NCBI GenBank assembly: GCA_041697335.1
Contig: JBGUGD010000016.1
Coordinates: forward strand, 96,001-160,000
Origin: Vampirovibrionaceae bacterium NZW_1234
GTDB lineage: Bacteria > Cyanobacteriota > Vampirovibrionia > Vampirovibrionales > JAGQHJ01
Length of the DNA stretch: 64,000 nucleotides
Direction of reading: 5' to 3'
The notes beneath the pieces were generated by a model. It was not told the DNA's origin and did not search any database. It was given only the letters and a program-made list of their open reading frames with translations. Positions 57,280-64,000 of the stretch are shown here, piece by piece. The first letter of the stretch is position 1. Each line of letters begins with the position of its first letter. The position numbers and the translations under genes are program-made.

Positions 57280-58489
57280 GCAGCGGGTAGGCCCGAACCA
57301 CCCAATCCACCTTCGTGGTTCTGCCATGGGGTAGCACCCGTGGCTGAATGGCAACATAGGCCGGATGTTTTAAACCCAGGATTTCAACATTGACCGGATG
57401 GCGACGCTCGGGATCGGCGGGTATCAGATAGGCCTCACCCTCTGATGCATCGTTCTGCTGGGGCTTAAGAATATGGATGTTCCCCTGGGAATCGGTGACC
57501 TTCAACCGCACCTGACGGCCCATATTCGTAATTTTGAGCCCGGTATTGAACATATCTTCAATGTCCCCAAAAGCTTGGGTCCGAATCACGCCATTCATCA
57601 CTTCAAGCTTGAGATAATGTCGTTCTCGCCCATGATTATCATCATAACGGCCGATGGCCACCTGATCGAGGTGATCTGTCTCCTCCCACCCTTCTAACTC
57701 ATCATGGGTATACCCAAAGGATCGCCGAGAACCGGATTTGGCCAAGCGATCATCGTCGTCCTCCTCACCGTCATCCCCACCCCGAGTGGGATCATAGTCC
57801 CGATAAGGTAAGAATTTCGAGGAGTCCGACTCTTCATCATTATTGTCAGCGTGATACGACTCATCCGAAGCATCGTCAAAACGCGCTCCTGTGCTTGAAA
57901 GGTCTTCGTCATCCTCCTCATTCACACTCCGGTCATCGTCTTGCAAAGGCATCACAGGCTTGCTGATGACCAATTCCCGGCGATCTTTGTTCAAGACCCC
58001 ATCATAGAAATAACCGGCAACGGCATGAAACAAGGGAATCCGGATCTGGCTGGCACTGGAGACCACGAAGAGCTGCCGAAAGGTTTCATCCAAATGTCCC
58101 AGTGTCTTTTTATCCCTTGCTGATCCCATTACCTTGGCTTTCACCATCTGGGCACGGGGATCGGTGTGGAGGAACATCGCAAGTGTCCAAATCGGATCAA
58201 GCCCATCCGAGTCGTACCCGATGTGCTTGGCATTGGCCATTAAATGAGCCAAATCCTCAACGTTTAGCCCCACCGCAGCCATCACTCGTTTTCGCTCAGC
58301 GTCAGAGGGCACATTCAGCGGATACTCATTAACCCACGCGTGCCATGAGGGGTAGAGAGCCCCCGAGAATACAACCTGATCCTGTTTCAAAGCCTGTTTA
58401 GACAGACCCACAGGCAGAGTCCCATGGCCAACCTTGAAAGGCGGTCGCTCGAAACGCATCAGCCGAAGCCCGGAAGCCTGAATCTTCAT
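57266..58489 (-). CDS. Hypothetical protein with central Asp/Glu-rich insertion
   Basis: GGAG SD before ATG 58489; acidic tracts such as EEDDED and DDGEEDDDD. Confidence 0.75.
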   Translation of the reverse strand: MKIQASGLRLMRFERPPFKVGHGTLPVGLSKQALKQDQVVFSGALYPSWHAWVNEYPLNVPSDAERKRVMAAVGLNVEDLAHLMANAKHIGYDSDGLDPIWTLAMFLHTDPRAQMVKAKVMGSARDKKTLGHLDETFRQLFVVSSASQIRIPLFHAVAGYFYDGVLNKDRRELVISKPVMPLQDDDRSVNEEDDEDLSSTGARFDDASDESYHADNNDEESDSSKFLPYRDYDPTRGGDDGEEDDDDRLAKSGSRRSFGYTHDELEGWEETDHLDQVAIGRYDDNHGRERHYLKLEVMNGVIRTQAFGDIEDMFNTGLKITNMGRQVRLKVTDSQGNIHILKPQQNDASEGEAYLIPADPERRHPVNVEILGLKHPAYVAIQPRVLPHGRTTKVDWVVRAYPLPNAR

Positions 58490-58718
58490 AACCGTCTCCA
58501 ATCACACACAAGGCCGCTACAGGGGCATTCAACCACAAATTCATTTATTTCAAAAGCGTCATTCTCAGCGTAACCCATGCTTGTTGGAAACAAAATGCAT
58601 TTTAAGCGTCTTCAGCCATAATAGAGATGTACCGGCCCCGCATTTCGTCCAGCACACGAAATGGAACACAGGTTGGCGCAATCTGGAAGTCGACGTGTTG
58701 AACAATAGGAGTTCTCCA

Positions 58719-60221
58719 ATGGCATTATTGAATCACCTTCCCCGTATCCTTGCAGCCACTTTGCTGCTGACCACGGCTGTTTCCTGGGCCTTTCATGAAA
58801 GCCCTTCAGAGCGGGATCAACGGCTGAAAGAAGCCTTTGCCGAGGAAAACATTGCCTTAAATCCTGCCCAGATCAAGGCCATTCGAGATAACGTACGCCT
58901 GGGGGTACAAGAATCCTGCCAACACCGGGCCGGGAACAGCAAGGTCAAGTTTACCGCCGTAGAAATTGCCCAAGAACTCAGGCTGGATCCTGCCCTTGAC
59001 ACCTCCCTGGTGGATCGCATCAGCCGTGCCCTGGATAAACTGGCTCACCAAAGCGACGACTGCCATTTGCAAGTCCTTCGCGAGGACAGTTGGGAGACGT
59101 ACTACAACAACACCCTTTCATTAACCAACAATGCCGCCTTCTTGACCTTGCTGGAAGACAAGCAATTTTTTCCAGTTAAAATCTCCTGGGAAGACATTGG
59201 ACGATATGAGAACAGTGTCTGGGGTGACCGGATCAGCGATGTGGGTATCTGGGTCCGCAAGCATGAACCGGATCCAAGTTCTGCGGAGCTCGCTTTATCC
59301 GTCCGACGGGATAGTAATTTTCGGGATAAAGTCCTTGTCGTCCCCGCCAACCAAATCAAAGTCCACCTCAACCGAGGAAATCACACCGATGAAGTGACCT
59401 TGCCCGAACGATTGGCCCAATTGGGGCTGAGCTCCAACCACCGGGATCGCAATGTCATTGTCTCCAACCAGTTCGCCATTGTCCCTGTTCCAGCAAAAAC
59501 CATGGATGTTGCTCGCAAAACGGGGCAAGCACCGCGAGTCGCCTTTAACTTCAGTATTTACCCTTACGGCTCCACCAACTATGTCATCACCGATGTCATT
59601 GAAGGCAGTTCAGACGCCATTGTCGGCCCTGGGAACCACCAATTGCTGTTTACCAATATCAACGGCAAAAAAGCCCCGTTCACTGCCAGCCGAGCCGCAG
59701 AGCGCCCGGATCTGTTAAAGCTGGAACGCGATCTCAAAGCCAAGGGCATGGATGTGGATGTGCAGCGCTATTACTTAATCCAAATTCCGCTGAAGAAAGA
59801 TGCTAAAGGCATTACCCTGGCCAATATGGGAACGCCACCCGCCATCCGTTACCCCGCCTATGCCGATGTAGCTCCCTCTGCCGGTGGTGTGGGCAGTGGC
59901 TATGATATGGAAGAGAATGCCCAGAATGTCATGGCTCCGAGTCCGGCCCCTGGCATGGCCAAGAAAGCCGCTGAATCCCGAGCGAAAGGCCTCAGCAAAG
60001 TGGCTATCGGCCATGGAGAGGCTGAAGGCATCTATCGAACAGGAAGCGGCTTCCGAGGTCAGCGGGCCGATGAACCCATCCGGGTCACCGTGGTCTACTT
60101 CGTTACCCCCGTGGGTCAAGTGACTGAAAACGATATGGACACCTTTACCCGAGCCTTTGAAGCCTGGGATGGCCAAGCCCTATGGAACGGCTCATTTGTG
60201 GTTAAAGAAAAAACCATGTAG
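58719..60221 (+). CDS. Hypothetical secreted protein
   Basis: AGGAG SD and ATG 58719; signal peptide RILAATLLLTTAVSWA; conserved-looking ISWEDIGRY..S.WGDRISD motif. Confidence 0.8.
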   Translation: MALLNHLPRILAATLLLTTAVSWAFHESPSERDQRLKEAFAEENIALNPAQIKAIRDNVRLGVQESCQHRAGNSKVKFTAVEIAQELRLDPALDTSLVDRISRALDKLAHQSDDCHLQVLREDSWETYYNNTLSLTNNAAFLTLLEDKQFFPVKISWEDIGRYENSVWGDRISDVGIWVRKHEPDPSSAELALSVRRDSNFRDKVLVVPANQIKVHLNRGNHTDEVTLPERLAQLGLSSNHRDRNVIVSNQFAIVPVPAKTMDVARKTGQAPRVAFNFSIYPYGSTNYVITDVIEGSSDAIVGPGNHQLLFTNINGKKAPFTASRAAERPDLLKLERDLKAKGMDVDVQRYYLIQIPLKKDAKGITLANMGTPPAIRYPAYADVAPSAGGVGSGYDMEENAQNVMAPSPAPGMAKKAAESRAKGLSKVAIGHGEAEGIYRTGSGFRGQRADEPIRVTVVYFVTPVGQVTENDMDTFTRAFEAWDGQALWNGSFVVKEKTM

Positions 60222-60268
60222 GTCTCAAGAACTCGGATCCGTTTTTCCACAGGCGAGCCTAAGCCGGA

Positions 60269-61309
60269 TTGACATCCCTGGAAAAGGTCCTTAGAGTGGA
60301 TGACAAGACCCTAAGTCTTGTTTCAGGAGTTGTCGTGCTTTTAGGCTCCCCCTTTGAACAGCCTTCGTTTCAGTCCTGCTGGGTAACCCACTTCACACCC
60401 AAATTCGGATTAGTGAGCCAGGTAGGGGACTTCGTGGTTCACCCCGAACGTCGGGCCAAAGGATTACTCCGTCTCAGGGCTTTACGCTTGAAAGGCTGGA
60501 ATGTGGCGTGGTCACAACGACTCAACGAGAACCACTGGACCGCCTTTGATGCGGCGTTAGACCAAAAGTCGTGGGACTATTTCCGCCTGACCTGTGACAC
60601 CTCGGAACCGGCCTTAGACGAGACCAAAGCAGCATTACTGGAGCGAAAACTCCTCCTGTATCTATTTCAAGCCCCAGTTCACTACTCAGTGGACCTGTCA
60701 GAAGGCTGGGAAGCGTATTTCAACAGCCGCAGTGCCAATACCCGTAAAAACATCCGAAAAACCTTACGCCAGGCCAAGGCCTTTAAGCCACATCGTGTGT
60801 TCTTCGAAGGGACTGAGGGAGTTGACGCTTTCTGTGATGCTTTTTTCCCTTTACACCAGCGCTATTGGCAAGAAAAATCAGGCCAGAGCTATTTTAACGA
60901 CCCCCAGGAACAAGCCTTTACCCGGGCTTGGCTCAAGCAGCTTCAAGATCAAGGAGTATTGACCCTGGAAGCCCTACACCTTGACAAAACCCTGGCCAAT
61001 CTGAGTGCCAGCTTTCAATGGGGAGAGGCAAGTTATTGCCTTTACACCATGAATACCGGCCATCACCTGGAGCTTTCGCCCGGGGTGCTCAGCCTCTATC
61101 TGCGTTTTCAACGGGCACAGGAAGAGGGCATCACGACGTTTTTACTGGGTCCGGGTGATTATCCCTATAAACGCCAGCTGGCCAACCACACCATCGCCCA
61201 TGAGGACTGGCTTGTTGTTCCTCAATACTCTTGGGCTGGCCGCCTCTATGCCCTTGGTTTAAGCCGTTGCATGCCCCCAGTCCCCCCCCAGCAAAGCCAG
61301 ACGATATAA
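60269..61309 (+). CDS. GNAT family N-acetyltransferase (CelD/BcsL, Acetyltransf_6-like)
   Basis: WEAYFNSRSANTRKNIRK, LHQRYW, LSPGVL, FLLGPGDYPYKRQLA; start uncertain. Confidence 0.82.
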   Translation: MTSLEKVLRVDDKTLSLVSGVVVLLGSPFEQPSFQSCWVTHFTPKFGLVSQVGDFVVHPERRAKGLLRLRALRLKGWNVAWSQRLNENHWTAFDAALDQKSWDYFRLTCDTSEPALDETKAALLERKLLLYLFQAPVHYSVDLSEGWEAYFNSRSANTRKNIRKTLRQAKAFKPHRVFFEGTEGVDAFCDAFFPLHQRYWQEKSGQSYFNDPQEQAFTRAWLKQLQDQGVLTLEALHLDKTLANLSASFQWGEASYCLYTMNTGHHLELSPGVLSLYLRFQRAQEEGITTFLLGPGDYPYKRQLANHTIAHEDWLVVPQYSWAGRLYALGLSRCMPPVPPQQSQTI

Positions 61310-61398
61310 GGCCTCCGAGAAGAGGGAAGCCGATTGCTGATCCTCTATCTTTGGCGGACAATCAAAGCCGAGTGGATGATGGTGGATGAGGAGACGCC

Positions 61399-62715
61399 GT
61401 GGTGAACCTGTCTCAAATCAAAACGTATTTTGGCATTGATGACGCCCAAACCAGCATCCGGCGTGAGATTCTGGGAGGCATCACCACCTTTGTAACCCTG
61501 GCCTACATTATTGTGGTCAACCCCAAGATCCTGGAGGCAGCCGGCATTCCCTTTGGCCCTTCCATGGTGGCCACCATCCTCACGGGCTTCCTGGGCACCA
61601 TGCTGATGGGAATTTACGCCCGCAGGCCCTTCGCCATTGCCCCCTATATGGGCCAAAATGCCTTTGTGGCTTTTACTCTGGTCAAAATCATGGGTATCCC
61701 CTGGCAAACCGCCCTGGGTCTGACCTTTATTTCCGGCCTGATCTTTGCGCTCCTGACCCTCAGCCACATTCGTCCCTGGCTGGTGAATGCCATCCCTCAG
61801 CAACTCAAGTTGGCATTTAGCGGGGGCATTGGTCTCTTCTTAAGCTTTATTGGCCTCAACATTAGTGGCTTAATCCGTTTGGGCGTGCCGGATGCCCCTG
61901 TGACCTTGGGTTATCTGAATCGCCCGGAAACCCTTCTGGCGGCTCTCGGATTTATTCTCATCAGTCTGATGATGGTCCGGCGACTCAATGGCGCATTGCT
62001 CTTGGGCATCCTCGGCATCACCGGCCTGGGGTTTCTCTTGGGCAAAGTGCCCTTGCCGCCTCAGTGGATCAGCATGCCACCGGACATTCGTCCCATTCTT
62101 GGCCAATTAGACCTGCTAGGAGCGTTGAATCCGGCACTCCTTCCCATCCTTTTGGTGTTCTTGGTGCTCATCTTTGTCGATACCATGGGCACCCTGATCG
62201 GCATTGCCTATAAGGCCAACTTCCTGGATTCACAAGGCCGCCTGCCGGATGTGGAAAAGCCCATGTTGTGTGATTCACTGGCCACCATGGCGGCAGCAAC
62301 CCTGGGCACAACCACGGCCGGGGCCTATATTGAATCCATTGCCGGCATTGAGGCCGGGGGGCGCACCGGCCTTACCGCAGTGGTCACAGCGTTGTTGTTC
62401 TTGTGCGCCTTGTTTTTTGCCCCGCTTTTTTCCAGTGTACCCGCCTTTGCCTACGGCCCTGCCCTGGTGGTGGTCGGCATGATGATGCTGTCTTCACTCA
62501 AAGACCTGGATACTGGGGATCTGACAGAGCTTATCCCGGCATTTACAACGCTCGTGATGATTTGCTTTACATATAACCTGGGCATTGGCATGGCGGCAGG
62601 CTTTATTGTTTACCCGCTGATTAAAACCCTCAGTGGCCGCTCCGGCGATGTTGCCCCGGGTTTATGGGTGTTAAGTGCCCTGTCTCTGGCGTTTTTTATC
62701 TTCTACCCCTATTGA
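61399..62715 (+). CDS. NCS2/AzgA family nucleobase permease
   Basis: EILGGITTF.T.AYII.VNP, APYMGQNAF, GIGLF, FVDTMGT, YIES.AGIEAGGRTGL. Confidence 0.93.
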   Translation: MVNLSQIKTYFGIDDAQTSIRREILGGITTFVTLAYIIVVNPKILEAAGIPFGPSMVATILTGFLGTMLMGIYARRPFAIAPYMGQNAFVAFTLVKIMGIPWQTALGLTFISGLIFALLTLSHIRPWLVNAIPQQLKLAFSGGIGLFLSFIGLNISGLIRLGVPDAPVTLGYLNRPETLLAALGFILISLMMVRRLNGALLLGILGITGLGFLLGKVPLPPQWISMPPDIRPILGQLDLLGALNPALLPILLVFLVLIFVDTMGTLIGIAYKANFLDSQGRLPDVEKPMLCDSLATMAAATLGTTTAGAYIESIAGIEAGGRTGLTAVVTALLFLCALFFAPLFSSVPAFAYGPALVVVGMMMLSSLKDLDTGDLTELIPAFTTLVMICFTYNLGIGMAAGFIVYPLIKTLSGRSGDVAPGLWVLSALSLAFFIFYPY

Positions 62716-63422
62716 TAGGCAGCCCGCAGGGCCGCCATATCCATGTGTTGTGGCATTAAGCAATGGGTTAAAAAAGCTTGCCCTAGACGAATGGCCTCTG
62801 GATCAATCCCATGCCCCAACCCTGAAATGCAATGCGTCACCAGGGGCACCCCATGATGCTCCAGGGTCTGCGAAGCATCCTGCCATTCCGAGAGGGGGAT
62901 CACCGTATCCTCATCCCCATGGATCAACGCAACGGGGGGCTTGGAGCGAAGCTCATCGGCCAGGGTTTCAACGCCAGCCAAGCGTCCGGAGTAACCCAAA
63001 ATCCCAGCACATGGGTGAGGCCGCCGCAGCGCCGTATATAAAGCCATAATGGTGCCTTGGGAAAAGCCCACCAAGACCAAGCGTGACTCGGGCAAGCCGC
63101 GTTGGGTCAATTGACTGTCGATAAATGCGTCCAGAATAGGAGCCACTTCCTGGACCCGTTGCGTGCGCACCTCCGGCGTAATCCCGTCCAGACTAAACCA
63201 TTGATAGGCATCGGTCATCCAGGGTATCCCGCCATCAAAAGGATACGGAGCATTTGGAGAAACGAATTCGGTATTAGGCAAGGCTGGTGCCCAAAACTCG
63301 GCAAGAGAAATCAGATCGGCCCCACTGGCGCCCACCCCATGAAGCAAAATCACCAAGGAGTCGGCAGCCTGTCCGGAAACAGGTTTTTGGTAATAATCCG
63401 GCTGCAATTGGGGTTTTATCAT
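62709..63422 (-). CDS. Phospholipase/carboxylesterase (Abhydrolase_2)
   Basis: LLHGVGA, YQWF, GFSQG, HGDED.VIP, LGHGI. Confidence 0.92.
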   Translation of the reverse strand: MIKPQLQPDYYQKPVSGQAADSLVILLHGVGASGADLISLAEFWAPALPNTEFVSPNAPYPFDGGIPWMTDAYQWFSLDGITPEVRTQRVQEVAPILDAFIDSQLTQRGLPESRLVLVGFSQGTIMALYTALRRPHPCAGILGYSGRLAGVETLADELRSKPPVALIHGDEDTVIPLSEWQDASQTLEHHGVPLVTHCISGLGHGIDPEAIRLGQAFLTHCLMPQHMDMAALRAAYQ

Positions 63423-63556
63423 CAGGTGTCGATCCTTTTCGTATTAACGTATCTGATTTTAAGCGTTCTGCTTCTTTGCCATTCTGGACAATAATGTCTT
63501 GTTATTGTACCGGCACCCAAGCGCAGTGTCATTGCCTGAAGATTGCGAAGTTCAGT

Positions 63557-64000
63557 TTAAATCCATCGCTGAGATCGAAAGTAACCAAGCATCCCTAGAG
63601 CCACCAAGATCATGGTCCAAATGGTGAGCCAAAAGCCCCATGGGTTATGCAAAAAAGGCATATGGTCAAAATTCATCCCATACACCCCGGTAATCACATT
63701 GAGCGGCAACATAATGGTGGCCAGCACCGTCAAGAACTGCACAACCGTGTTCACCCGGGCCGCACTAATCGCATATTGAATCTGCATCGCCCCTTGCAAA
63801 GCCTGCTGGTGATGAGCCGTAAAATCCACCACCCGAACCACGTGATCATAAATATCCTTGAATCGTCTCGCCTGGTCTCGGTCGATAAAAGCCATATCCG
63901 AGTGACTCAGTTCATAAAACACGTCTTGGTTTTTCATCGACAGGCGGCGCAATAATAAAACCGCTTTGGTCAATTGGAAATACTGATCCGATAGAGACGC
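63557..64000 (-). CDS. corA: CorA family Mg2+/Co2+ transporter, 5' part outside the window
   Basis: FKDIYDH, LTVLATIMLPL, ITGVYGMNF..MP (GMN signature), two TM helices; frame is open to the window end. Confidence 0.92.
   Translation of the reverse strand, partial: ASLSDQYFQLTKAVLLLRRLSMKNQDVFYELSHSDMAFIDRDQARRFKDIYDHVVRVVDFTAHHQQALQGAMQIQYAISAARVNTVVQFLTVLATIMLPLNVITGVYGMNFDHMPFLHNPWGFWLTIWTMILVALGMLGYFRSQRWI

Noticed and set aside
61310..61398. Purine riboswitch upstream of the NCS2 permease
   Set aside because: No purine aptamer consensus or terminator in the short gap.
1..64000. Many 60-157-aa ORFs overlapping or antisense to recognised genes (e.g. 25868-26341, 50381-50827, 61345-61803)
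   Set aside because: Shadow ORFs of well-supported genes with no motifs.
1..64000. CRISPR arrays, IS elements, integrases, prophage, rRNA or tRNA genes
   Set aside because: No spaced direct-repeat arrays, transposase or integrase motifs, or RNA-gene signatures were seen by eye.

Overview
Gene-dense bacterial chromosomal segment of about 58 CDSs, partial at both ends. I saw no rRNA, tRNA, CRISPR array, transposase, integrase or phage genes. Cyanobacteria-like housekeeping genes (dapL, murT, paired PTPS domains) occur with flagellar genes (fliA, motAB) and many lineage-specific orphans, which suggests a non-photosynthetic cyanobacterial relative (Vampirovibrionia/Melainabacteria); this is an inference. 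Recognisable content includes a fliA operon with a histidine kinase and a REC/RsbW-like regulator, an HD dNTPase, folE2, comEC, oppBC and oppA, asnB plus a flippase, glnA, lysC, pyrD, GH57/GH15, aroA, motAB, rnhC, a PTPS-PTPS-SDR operon, rpmE-prfA, msrA, a parvulin, an NCS2 permease and corA. Highlights: (1) an intact MetAP-fold gene after rpmE-prfA with all five metal ligands replaced, a candidate bacterial analogue of Ebp1/Arx1; (2) an intact but motif-dead RecQ paralogue upstream of motAB; (3) two PTPS domains in one frame separated by a single TGA, next to a sepiapterin-reductase-like SDR; (4) a RelA/SpoT-like nucleotidyltransferase with an unannotated upstream sORF; (5) possible partner-switching control of sigma-28; (6) a structured intergenic RNA candidate and several repeat-containing orphans. 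All family assignments come from reading motifs by eye; no searches were run.
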